From the IMG/VR virus record IMGVR_UViG_3300029288_000143, positions 14,068-78,067 of that record: a DNA stretch of 64,000 bases. One strand, 5' to 3'. This DNA comes from a virus. Lineage: Duplodnaviria > Caudoviricetes. Below, piece after piece: positions 1-8,976 of this stretch; the stretch's first letter is position 1, and each line of letters begins with the position of its first letter. The notes beneath the pieces are model-generated. The model was given only the letters and a program-made list of their open reading frames with translations, ran no database searches and had not been told where the DNA came from. Position numbers and translations under genes: made by a program.

Positions 1-1
1 C

Positions 2-454
2 GTGGCCAACGACGTCGTGACGTTCGGTACCTTCACCCCGACCGTCGCGGGTATTCTCCGTGATCAGGTGTGGCGTTGGAGTCTGACCCCCACCACGATG
101 CTCCTCGCTGTCGACCTCCAGCGGGACATTCTGTCTGATGACGACTGGCACAACGTTTATTCGCCAATTCAGAAGCACGTCCTCTTTGAAGAGGGGAAAT
201 TCGGCGAGATCTACGGGATGGAAGTGTTCACCGACGGTTTCCGTTACCCGACCCTGCGCGTCCTAGACCCAGGCGAAGTGTACTTCCTGTCGGCCCCCAC
301 GACCCTCGGCGTGCACATTCCTCTCATTCCTCTGTACAGCGAGCCCGTAAATCGGCACTTCGAAGGCATCCCCAAGAAGGGCTGGTTCGTCGCTTCCTAC
401 CAGGCTACCGTCGTGGCCAACAGCAAGGGCGTGTCCAAGGGCATCAAGGTCTAA
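2..454 (+). CDS. Major capsid protein, C-terminal fragment (5' part outside window)
   Basis: C-terminus ...EVYFLSAPTTLG...KKGWFVASYQATVVANSKGVSKGIKV resembles HK97-fold MCP ends of large phages. Followed by a strong hairpin and head-related genes. Confidence 0.7.
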   Translation: MANDVVTFGTFTPTVAGILRDQVWRWSLTPTTMLLAVDLQRDILSDDDWHNVYSPIQKHVLFEEGKFGEIYGMEVFTDGFRYPTLRVLDPGEVYFLSAPTTLGVHIPLIPLYSEPVNRHFEGIPKKGWFVASYQATVVANSKGVSKGIKV

Positions 455-493
455 CTTCTCCTAACTCTCCTTCCTAATTTCTTCTGATTACCA

Positions 494-521
494 GGAAGCC
501 CGATTTTGCGATCGGGCTTCC
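494..521 (+). terminator. Perfect 11-bp stem-loop after capsid gene (terminator or mRNA-stabilising hairpin)
   Basis: GGAAGCCCGAT-TTTGCG-ATCGGGCTTCC; no clear U-tract after it. Confidence 0.5.
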
Positions 522-551
522 GCATAATTGGGCGAAATTCTTCAGGTTATT

Positions 552-3500
552 ATGAAAAATTTAGACTGGACTCCTGATACCGCGGAACAAGCCGGCGAGG
601 CCATCGGCATCGCTTGGGATACAGCGGAATTTACACCGGAAGATTTGCTTCAGGGTATGAATGTCGAGCTTGAGCACTGTTCAGACCCAGATACCGAAGT
701 AATTACTTGTAATTCTGAAGATACTGCTCGAATCGCTTGGGCACACCTTAAAGAATCGTCCGCATATTATCGCAATCTAGCTAAAATGGAACAAAGCTTT
801 AAAGAAGCCTCCGCCAGAACGGCCGCCGAGCTTGAACCCGAGGACTTGGCTAAAGCGCGCGGTCTAGAAAAAACTCGTCCTGTAGTTGACCCCTATGAAA
901 TTCGTGCGCGCGAAATTCTTAAAGAGCAAGGCAACGAGCAGCCGACAAAAAAAGAACTCGATGCAGCCTACGATTTAGCCTCACGTGAAGGGCGAAAGCC
1001 CGGCGCGGCACCGGCCCCAGAAGCCGCGTCCGAGCCAGTTAAAATCAAGCGCGGAAAAAAGGTCTATAAGGCGCCCAAGCAAAAAGCTGAAGAGCCCAAG
1101 CCCGACAAGCAAGAGTTCATCGCGGCTTTCCTGGCCGATTATGACCATAGGCGCAAGTCTTTTATCATTGATAGTCTGAATGCGCTACGCGCTGATAAAT
1201 CTATTTCTAAAGAGCAGCGCGTTCAAGTAGGTAAAACTATCGCGGCCATGCAGCCCGAAGCTCTGGCGGCGTTTGCTTATTCTAAAGCACTTGCTGATTT
1301 TGAGACCAAAGCAAAAACTAAGGCACAAGAATCGGCTTTTCACACCAAAGTAAAACAATACCTCAAAGCGCAGGGTATCGAAGACTATACGCAAGAGCAA
1401 TGGAGCGCGGCAGTTTCTGCGATCATCGCCCAAGAGCGCAAAGAAGCCAAAGAACTAGAGAACACCAATATAGAAAAAGGCACCAAGCATCTGCAAGAGA
1501 AGAAGGAAACTGTAGACCCAGAAGACGAACAAAATGATCAACAGGTTGCGGAGTTCACGCAGCCGCTAGTCACGTCTGCGGTCAGTCAAATCAAGTCTTT
1601 TGTCAAAAATCCAAAGGCGGAAGTCTGGACACAGTATCCTGGTGCAGATAAAACCCGGTGCTTCGTTTTAGATGTGTTGGTTCCTCGCGGTGAGCGCTAC
1701 GCTGCACGCGTAGGTAATTATCTCAATATACCGGCTGATGTTGTGCTCGGTGCAATAGAATCATCCGGCGCAGCGTATAAAGAATACATTACATACATCT
1801 CAGAGTTTAATACAGAACTCACCCAGGCTTTAACTGCAGCGTTTGAGGCTGAATTACCAAAGCTAGCACCGTACATAGATTTGGGTTTAGACAAAAAAGA
1901 CACAGCGGATGCCGCCGACGATAAAAAAGCTAAACCGAAGATTAAATCCGATGTCCCCACACTTGACACCAAGCTCATAGGCTGGGAGCTGGAGATATTT
2001 GATACTGTAGCGTTTGGGGAATCTATTTCTGACGCACCCGAAGGTTTGCTTTTGGTTGCTACAATCGAAGAATCGTATATCGCCCATTGGTCCGCTGTGG
2101 ACAAAGCGGCAATCAAAATTCTGCATACAGACATTCCTAAAACAGTTAAAAATCCAGGTAAGTGGCCTGATTGGGCAAAAACTGACAAATGGTTCGACGT
2201 CAGCACCGAGATGGCAGAACCCAGCGAAGCCGTGGTCGTGGCACAGCTTGCGAAGTACGCTGGCGGAAATGATTCCTACAGTCTAAGCGCTAGTTCGGCG
2301 CTCAAGCTCAAGCGTGATTCTGGTTCACCAGCGTACACTAAATATTTTGCTAAAAAGTTCGAAAATTTAAAGACTAAACCAGAAAAGACCGATACTCCGG
2401 TCATTGCGACAGAGATTTTCCGTGATTATTTAGAATTACCCGAATCAGATCCGCTACAGTCGCTAGCCGAAGCCATCGTTATGGAAAAAATGGGAGATAT
2501 AGCGGAGCATCAGACAGCCAGAATACAAGATCAAGGATATACAGATTGGATGGTCCTGGTATACGATTCAGTCAAGCAGACTGTGATTCCTGACGCGCCC
2601 AAAGGTCTATTGCTTTTAGGTATTATTTCCAAAAAAGATAAAGAACAGCACACTCAGGCGTTGGCACGACGCAAAGCCATTATCAATAGTGCGCAGGCTA
2701 CAGGGGCACAGCAGCTTGAACTTTTTGGGCCCAATGCGGGGCGCGGTGAAGGCCAAGGTGTGGCTGAGTTTACCAAAAAGGCCGAGGCTGAACTAGGACT
2801 TTCCGAGGATGAAGCCGATCTATGGCGCCAGTATTTCATTGTATCGTTGAAGCAAACTCAGCACACTCACGTGAAACCTATGCCGCGCAAACCAAAAAAA
2901 TTCAAAACTGAAACAGGCAAGCAAGTGACTATGAAGCCCGACGAATCTGAATTCGCTGAAGATATTTCACAAATTGGTAAATCGGACGTCGAAACCTACG
3001 ACCAGCGTTACAGCAGCGTGAAGACGGCGGTGGTTAAGGACTGCAAAGAAAAAGACCTGGATGATCGCCCCAAGGCCGAGCAAAAAGTTTGCCTCTACAG
3101 CGAAGAGGGCAAGCTGCTCGGCCGGCATCCCACGGAAGAATCGGCGGAAAAGCAACGCCGCAAGGTCGAGATGGAAAAGCACTCGGCCTACTTCAAAGTC
3201 AATCCTCTGGCTTTCGTTTCGGCAGACGAAATTTCTGATTACTACGAAGAGCAACATCTCCGGATGGCCTATGGGTTCTATGACGCAGACCAAGCGCAAA
3301 GGGCCCAAGCCAAAGTAACGGCAATCTGGAAAATGCGCAAAGCTCGAGTTGGCGCAGAGTTGACCTATACCAAGCAAAACGGCAACGAAGTAGAATTCAT
3401 CGGTACGGTGGACAGCGCGCGAACGTACCGAGGTACGGCTGGGCTGGATCCGGTAGCCATCACTTCCATCAATCCCTTTGAAGAATACGCCCAAGGCAAA

Positions 3501-4277
3501 ATTGGCAACGACACGGCTGCACTGACCGCCGCACTGCAGTCTTGGCACGGAACGCAAACTAAAGTCGCTTCGAAAGGCAAAACCATGCTTAAAGTTAAAG
3601 CTTCAGCTCTTCTTCGCATTGCGGAACTCATTGAGGTCGATGCCCCGAGTAAAGAACAGATTCGTGCCGCTGGGCTCAAGTGGCTCGCCGAGGCAGTAAA
3701 ACCACGACAGCGCACTGCGGCAGATCTAACTCCTCGCGTTGAGATGATGGACGCGCTGGAAGATCTAGGTATTGTGGTGAAGAACTTCCAGGACGAAGGC
3801 AAATTTGTCGGCATGGTTAAAGATATCGGTAATGCCTTTGCCGCACAAAAAGACGCCATGGGTCTAAAACTGTGGAACGCGCTCAAGGCGGAGCTTTCGG
3901 CGCAGCTACGCGGAATGGCTGAAGATATTGGTTCAGGTGCTTCCGAGCAAGAAGGCTTCGCTGAGGCGCTAGGTGAAGCCATTAAAACCGCAGAAGGCAA
4001 AGTTCAGGCTTTCTTAGGCAAAGCCCAAGCCCAGCCCAGCGGAGTTGCAACAGCAGAAGTCAAGACCGCACTGAACGCTCCAGTATTCGCGCCACCGCAG
4101 GACCCCACCACAGAACTGCAGAGTAAGCTAGCATATATCCTCAATACCATCGAAGACTACATTGCGCAATATGCAGGCGATGCCGCCAAACTCATGGAAG
4201 TAAAAGGCGCGCTGGTTCGCGCTTGTGCTTCAGCCTATATTGATTTGAATTCACCGCGCGCCGCAGCCAAGAAATAA
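552..4277 (+). CDS. Very large multi-domain head-associated protein with N-terminal DUF5661-like domain
   Basis: ORF opens at TTG 528, ATG 552 preferred. FTPEDLLQGMNVELEH...IAWAHLKE...YY matches DUF5661. Internal CLYSEEGKLLGRHPTEESAEKQRRKVE module recurs in phage proteins. Lys/Glu/Ala-rich. Confidence 0.75.
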   Translation: MKNLDWTPDTAEQAGEAIGIAWDTAEFTPEDLLQGMNVELEHCSDPDTEVITCNSEDTARIAWAHLKESSAYYRNLAKMEQSFKEASARTAAELEPEDLAKARGLEKTRPVVDPYEIRAREILKEQGNEQPTKKELDAAYDLASREGRKPGAAPAPEAASEPVKIKRGKKVYKAPKQKAEEPKPDKQEFIAAFLADYDHRRKSFIIDSLNALRADKSISKEQRVQVGKTIAAMQPEALAAFAYSKALADFETKAKTKAQESAFHTKVKQYLKAQGIEDYTQEQWSAAVSAIIAQERKEAKELENTNIEKGTKHLQEKKETVDPEDEQNDQQVAEFTQPLVTSAVSQIKSFVKNPKAEVWTQYPGADKTRCFVLDVLVPRGERYAARVGNYLNIPADVVLGAIESSGAAYKEYITYISEFNTELTQALTAAFEAELPKLAPYIDLGLDKKDTADAADDKKAKPKIKSDVPTLDTKLIGWELEIFDTVAFGESISDAPEGLLLVATIEESYIAHWSAVDKAAIKILHTDIPKTVKNPGKWPDWAKTDKWFDVSTEMAEPSEAVVVAQLAKYAGGNDSYSLSASSALKLKRDSGSPAYTKYFAKKFENLKTKPEKTDTPVIATEIFRDYLELPESDPLQSLAEAIVMEKMGDIAEHQTARIQDQGYTDWMVLVYDSVKQTVIPDAPKGLLLLGIISKKDKEQHTQALARRKAIINSAQATGAQQLELFGPNAGRGEGQGVAEFTKKAEAELGLSEDEADLWRQYFIVSLKQTQHTHVKPMPRKPKKFKTETGKQVTMKPDESEFAEDISQIGKSDVETYDQRYSSVKTAVVKDCKEKDLDDRPKAEQKVCLYSEEGKLLGRHPTEESAEKQRRKVEMEKHSAYFKVNPLAFVSADEISDYYEEQHLRMAYGFYDADQAQRAQAKVTAIWKMRKARVGAELTYTKQNGNEVEFIGTVDSARTYRGTAGLDPVAITSINPFEEYAQGKIGNDTAALTAALQSWHGTQTKVASKGKTMLKVKASALLRIAELIEVDAPSKEQIRAAGLKWLAEAVKPRQRTAADLTPRVEMMDALEDLGIVVKNFQDEGKFVGMVKDIGNAFAAQKDAMGLKLWNALKAELSAQLRGMAEDIGSGASEQEGFAEALGEAIKTAEGKVQAFLGKAQAQPSGVATAEVKTALNAPVFAPPQDPTTELQSKLAYILNTIEDYIAQYAGDAAKLMEVKGALVRACASAYIDLNSPRAAAKK

Positions 4278-4288
4278 TAGAGGTTTCC

Positions 4289-4714
4289 ATGACACGCCAA
4301 GCTGGACTAGAAGCAGTTATCGATCTCTCGGATGAGATCTCCGACCTCGCCGATCTCGTCGCCGACGTAGCTTCAGCGATTAATTACAATTCGGCCAAGG
4401 CTGAGCTATTTGCCGTCATGCTCCTCGACGCCATCGCGGAGTCCGCGCAGGACAGCCAAGTCGACACTTTCATGGGTGTACCGAATGGTGTTCCTGGTGT
4501 GCCGCCGGCTCCCGGGGCACCTGCCGATATGATGCTCGAGGCGCCCGCGCCCATGACGGATATGCCCGGGGCACCGCCCGTGGACATGGGTCTGGGTTTG
4601 GGCGGTCCTGCGGAAGCTGAATTGGGAGGAGCGCCTGTACCAGCTGAATTGGGAGATACGCCCGGCCCAGACGACGAAATCGTCGATGTCGATGAAGCCG
4701 ACGTCGAGTTCTAG
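4289..4714 (+). CDS. Acidic, Pro/Gly-rich low-complexity protein (scaffold/inner-head-like)
   Basis: 141-aa ORF with SD-like GAGG; helical N-terminal half, disordered acidic C-terminal half. Confidence 0.65.
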   Translation: MTRQAGLEAVIDLSDEISDLADLVADVASAINYNSAKAELFAVMLLDAIAESAQDSQVDTFMGVPNGVPGVPPAPGAPADMMLEAPAPMTDMPGAPPVDMGLGLGGPAEAELGGAPVPAELGDTPGPDDEIVDVDEADVEF

Positions 4715-4917
4715 TGCCGCTCGCGAGATTCATTGTAGCGTGGTGCTGTGCGGCGGAGCTGCCCGACCGCAATGCAGTCATGAAATACTGTACTTCCACC
4801 TTGGCTACGCTGCGTGACGTTCGGCATCATGGCCTCGCTGTAGAAGTCAGAGAAGCGATCAAGAAAGGTCGCGAGCGCTACATAAAAGATTTCATTAAGG
4901 ACCTGTCGTGCCGGTAG
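4714..4917 (+). CDS. Small hypothetical protein
   Basis: GTG overlaps the previous stop and the ORF overlaps the next start; fills the gap in the operon. Confidence 0.35.
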   Translation: MPLARFIVAWCCAAELPDRNAVMKYCTSTLATLRDVRHHGLAVEVREAIKKGRERYIKDFIKDLSCR

Positions 4918-5504
4918 ACCTGGATTCAGCAACGTTCCTGCAAATCGGCGAGCCCGTTGGCACTCCTGAGGGGCCCGGCGTCGTCGTGGACATCGCGCTG
5001 AATCTAGCGAACTATGGCGGCGAATTGCAGATCGATCCGCCTGCCATTTCAGTAAAACTCGATTCAGGCAAAACCATACAGGCATGTCTCTGCAGCTTGG
5101 ACTTCGGAGATCCAGACATCAATGCTGAAATTAGTCGAGAATTTGACCGTCTGTGGCCGCCCGTTGAATCCGTTCCAGAAGCTGGACTAGAGAGAACTGC
5201 CATCTCGCCTCGATACGATACAACGGTGTTGCTCGGCGAAACTCTAGAAGAGTTCGCGCCGGACGTTGCAGCCAAGGCAGCGGGTTTGGGTCTCGTGGAC
5301 GCGATCAAAATCTACGATAAAGTCTATGCACCGCTAACGCGCGATCGACGTCCCGGTGAAGAGGTCATGCGCCTCGTTGAGCTGGAAAAGTATTTGGTTA
5401 TTGAAATGAATTCGATTCCCACCCACTATCGCGACACCATCGACACCTGGCTGATGCGGCAGTTTGAATTAAATGTCCGCTGGGTCGCTGTGCTACCCGC
5501 CTGA
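4908..5504 (+). CDS. Hypothetical protein (N-terminal SH3/KOW-like beta domain)
   Basis: 198-aa ORF; LQIGEPVGTPEGPGVVVDI pattern. Confidence 0.65.
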   Translation: MPVDLDSATFLQIGEPVGTPEGPGVVVDIALNLANYGGELQIDPPAISVKLDSGKTIQACLCSLDFGDPDINAEISREFDRLWPPVESVPEAGLERTAISPRYDTTVLLGETLEEFAPDVAAKAAGLGLVDAIKIYDKVYAPLTRDRRPGEEVMRLVELEKYLVIEMNSIPTHYRDTIDTWLMRQFELNVRWVAVLPA

Positions 5505-5515
5505 TTCTTTTCTTC

Positions 5516-5533
5516 CACGTTAATTTATAGTAG
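5516..5533 (+). promoter_or_regulatory. Putative phage late promoter CACGTTA-N5-TAGTAG
   Basis: Intergenic CACGTTAatttaTAGTAG; same motif before several structural genes. Confidence 0.6.
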
Positions 5534-5563
5534 TCCAAAACTCCTGCGAGTTGAGTTATCCCT

Positions 5564-6322
5564 ATGCCCAAACCCGGCGCGGTTATTACAAGCATTCCCG
5601 GCTATGACGTCGGTTCCGGCGCCATTGTGTTGTCGTGGCGCAATAGTATTGCAAAACTATGGCTTCAAGATAAACAAAAAGTCGTAAGACTCAAGATTCC
5701 CGAGTCTATCGTCCCGAAAATCGAAGACTTTTCGCTCAGGGCGGCGCCGTCCATAATCGATCAATCCGTTGAACAGCGACCAGATCAAATCACAGGGCTA
5801 CCGAGTTTCTGGGGACCCCGAGACCCCAACTACCCATCGAGCCTCACGGATGTGTCATATAGACCACAACAATGGTGGAACCGCATGGTGGGGAGATGGG
5901 CCAAATTATTGAATAATTCCGCTGAGTTGCAGCGCCGAATCGCTTCTCTGAAAGGTGCAGAAATGCTAAATCCACAGTCAAAACCGCAGCGTATCATGCA
6001 CCTGGAACTCTGGACACCGGAGATGGAAAAGGACGCTGAGCTGGATAAAGAGACTTTGGTCAAGCTCACCCAGGAATGTTGGGATGAGTACGAGCACCTC
6101 CGAACCCGAAGTCACCCCAGATTCGGCCGAGGCTGGAATACCCGGATTGCGGAATTCCTGGTATTTTTCATCGCCGAGAATGAGCTTACCCGAGAAGAGC
6201 GCTGCTGCTTCCTAGAATTCATGAAGACCATCGGGCTGATTCAGGAAAATGATTGCATTGAGGTCAAGACGCTGATGTCGCAGTACCTGCCCGAGGCTAT
6301 GCGGATCGAAATTCAGAAGTAA
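5564..6322 (+). CDS. Hypothetical protein
   Basis: 252-aa ORF directly after the late-type motif. Confidence 0.7.
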   Translation: MPKPGAVITSIPGYDVGSGAIVLSWRNSIAKLWLQDKQKVVRLKIPESIVPKIEDFSLRAAPSIIDQSVEQRPDQITGLPSFWGPRDPNYPSSLTDVSYRPQQWWNRMVGRWAKLLNNSAELQRRIASLKGAEMLNPQSKPQRIMHLELWTPEMEKDAELDKETLVKLTQECWDEYEHLRTRSHPRFGRGWNTRIAEFLVFFIAENELTREERCCFLEFMKTIGLIQENDCIEVKTLMSQYLPEAMRIEIQK

Positions 6323-7740
6323 TGTTGTACCGCGGCCATCTATATCGTCTGGCTGGGTTAAGCGCCGCACCACGCAGCGCTGCGCCCAAGCTAGACCCCA
6401 AAGATAAGAAACTCACAGACGAGGATAAGAAACCTGTACTCGAAGCATGGCAGCCCCTGACGGACAAGCTCCTGGCACAGTATGAAATTAGACCCAACGG
6501 GCCCATAGTGGTTACGCAGGAAGCCGATGGGTACGATTTAATCTATAGTATTGACCAGGTGTTCAATTCTCCAGCGTTCATTCGATTCGACGTCTCGACG
6601 GCCAAGAAAGCCATTCAAGAAATCCAGGTCCGGCTCATGTGCTCGCCGCCGCATTCATTCGTCGCGGCGCAACCGGCTCATGTCAAAGACCTCATGATGG
6701 CATTGAAGACAATTTCAAAGTGCCAGAAGCGATCTGGTACATTCACGCCTCTCGACGAGAACGCCGCACAAAAGGAAGCCGAGGATTACGTCGAGAACAC
6801 CATTATGTTCCTGGTGAACGCAGGCGTGGAAATAGATTTCACCAAGCAAGATGATGTCGTCGCGGCACTGGAAAAAGCCGACCTCGATGAAGGCGAAAAA
6901 GCCGCCGCGCAAGCCGCTGTTAAACAATGGGACCGCGACGAATATACAGCTTTTGTGAAGTTACTCCAGCAGCAAGCCGGGGAAATCATCAGTGTCCGGG
7001 AATCCATTTACAAGAAAGTCGCTGAGCTGACTCGGCACGAAGCCTTCGCCGTTAGCCCAGAAACCGTCAGAATCGAAGGCTACCATAACGGCGCCGCGGT
7101 CATTGGATTAGACGTACCTTGGCCCACCGTTCTGGAACTCACGGGACGCGGCGAAAACCTCAAACTCGTGAACTTCGCCACGACTATCTGCAGTGTGATT
7201 GTGAATTCCGGGCCCAATGAAAACTTAGCCAAAGCGCTTCTCACTGCGCAAGTGGATTTGATTCTCGCGGGCGACCGTGCGGCCAACCCGAGTCTCAGCA
7301 AGCCCACGACCGATAAGCTCAATTGGACCGACGAGCAAGTCCAGGAGTTCTTGAAGACGGGCGTTGGCTTGTTGGCACACAGGGTGGATTTGAAACAGCC
7401 ACGCAACAACGACCTCACGAGCGTCGTCGTGGACAATAAAGTAATTGAATCGTATGAAAAGGGACCGGAGAATCAAATCGAAAGAAACGCAAAAGAATAT
7501 CGTGCTAGCGTTCAGCGGCAGCTAAATAGTAGAAAGCCGGCCTACTGGTTTACATATTATGAAAACGATAATAAAGTAGAAGTTCACGCTACTGGAAACG
7601 GTAAAATCGTCAAAACTTTCCAAAATATTCCGCATCGATTCGACTATGATCTGGATAAACTCCCCATGGAGACAGCGCAACGACCAGATCAAGAGAAGCC
7701 GCAAAAGAAAAGAAGCGTGAGAACTCGCGCCAGACAGTAA
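6322..7740 (+). CDS. Hypothetical virion/inner-head protein carrying the shared N-terminal YRGxxYRxA motif
   Basis: 472 aa; TAATG coupling to the upstream gene; begins MLYRGHLYRLAG. Confidence 0.75.
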   Translation: MLYRGHLYRLAGLSAAPRSAAPKLDPKDKKLTDEDKKPVLEAWQPLTDKLLAQYEIRPNGPIVVTQEADGYDLIYSIDQVFNSPAFIRFDVSTAKKAIQEIQVRLMCSPPHSFVAAQPAHVKDLMMALKTISKCQKRSGTFTPLDENAAQKEAEDYVENTIMFLVNAGVEIDFTKQDDVVAALEKADLDEGEKAAAQAAVKQWDRDEYTAFVKLLQQQAGEIISVRESIYKKVAELTRHEAFAVSPETVRIEGYHNGAAVIGLDVPWPTVLELTGRGENLKLVNFATTICSVIVNSGPNENLAKALLTAQVDLILAGDRAANPSLSKPTTDKLNWTDEQVQEFLKTGVGLLAHRVDLKQPRNNDLTSVVVDNKVIESYEKGPENQIERNAKEYRASVQRQLNSRKPAYWFTYYENDNKVEVHATGNGKIVKTFQNIPHRFDYDLDKLPMETAQRPDQEKPQKKRSVRTRARQ

Positions 7741-7749
7741 AACATCTGC

Positions 7750-8952
7750 ATGAAAATTACACCGGAAATCATGGCGGAGTGCAAGCATTACCCAGATGGT
7801 ACTATAGGTGTACGAAATCGTAGCGGCAGAATGATAAAGTATGAATGCTGCGCGTCCTGTGCTGGGTGCGGCGAACCATTTTTATCTGAACATTTCTACA
7901 AAAACGGACAGCGCGTTTTTAACACGTATTGCTCTGTTTCTTGTAGAAGTAAAAATATGGTTCTTTCCGACGAAACACACCACAAAATGGTGGTGTCGCA
8001 TCTCGGTAAACCTGTTTCACCAGAAACGCGTAGGAAGTTAAGCGCAGCGTCTCGTGGTAGACCAATGCCCCTGCACGTGTCGGCTGTATTGCACTCACCA
8101 GAGGCCAAACTAAAAGCCAGAGCAGGGCGAGACGCCCACGTGGCACTGCATGGTGGAAATTTAAAACCAGCACAGCATGCTGCTAAACACAACCACTACC
8201 GACACTATATAAATAAAGCGGCAAACCGCGGTTTGATTTTTGAACTGACTAAAGATGAATTCTTAGACATAACATCTAAGCCTTGTCATTACTGCGGTGT
8301 AGCATCCAGCATCACAGTTAAAAATCATGCTTGCTGCACCACAGATGGTTTTTATGTCTGCAATGGCGTAGATCGCGTGGATTCAAGCAAAGGATATACG
8401 CTGGATAACGTGGTTCCGTGCTGCACCCAGTGTAACATAGCAAAGTTAAATAAAAATATCGCTGAGTTTTTAATTTGGGTACTGAAAACGGATTTGTTTT
8501 TACGTAATAAACCCACTAGTTTAACTTATTTCGGAGACATCATTGAGGCACAGCAGAGCGTTATGCGCGTTGTATTTGGTGAGCATAAGCGTAGGCGTAA
8601 GCACGGCAGTAAAGATTATATAGTCAGCACGCTGAGCATAATTGATTTTGCACGCCTAATAAGAACGCAATGCTTCTACTGCGGTGGAGGGTTATCTAAC
8701 GCGCGTGCACGCACTTACGGGCGTAACAGAAAACGTCCGGCTGATGGTGTAGTGCTGGAATACAATGGTTTGGACAGAATAGACCCCGATGGTGGCTATA
8801 CCCTGGAAAATGTGGTTCCGTGTTGTGCAACGTGCAATAGAGCTAAATTAGATTACTCACAGGACGAATTCTATACCTGGGTAACACGCGTAGCCAACCA
8901 CATTAGAAATACGCCAGAACTGTTTGATTTGGTCTCGTCCCATCTTTGTTAG
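7750..8952 (+). CDS. Free-standing HNH homing endonuclease with two tandem His-Me domains
   Basis: CHYCG...NGVDRVDSSKGYTLDNVVPCCTQCNIAK and CFYCG...NGLDRIDPDGGYTLENVVPCCATCNRAK; N-terminal Cys cluster and NUMOD-like helix; AT-richer than flanks. Confidence 0.85.
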   Translation: MKITPEIMAECKHYPDGTIGVRNRSGRMIKYECCASCAGCGEPFLSEHFYKNGQRVFNTYCSVSCRSKNMVLSDETHHKMVVSHLGKPVSPETRRKLSAASRGRPMPLHVSAVLHSPEAKLKARAGRDAHVALHGGNLKPAQHAAKHNHYRHYINKAANRGLIFELTKDEFLDITSKPCHYCGVASSITVKNHACCTTDGFYVCNGVDRVDSSKGYTLDNVVPCCTQCNIAKLNKNIAEFLIWVLKTDLFLRNKPTSLTYFGDIIEAQQSVMRVVFGEHKRRRKHGSKDYIVSTLSIIDFARLIRTQCFYCGGGLSNARARTYGRNRKRPADGVVLEYNGLDRIDPDGGYTLENVVPCCATCNRAKLDYSQDEFYTWVTRVANHIRNTPELFDLVSSHLC

Positions 8953-8976
8953 TTTGCCGAACTTCAGGAGCCCAGA

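Noticed and set aside
7741-8976. Group I intron around the HNH or GIY-YIG genes
   Set aside because: The flanking genes end and start cleanly within about 10-150 nt, leaving no room for a ribozyme core. Treated as free-standing.
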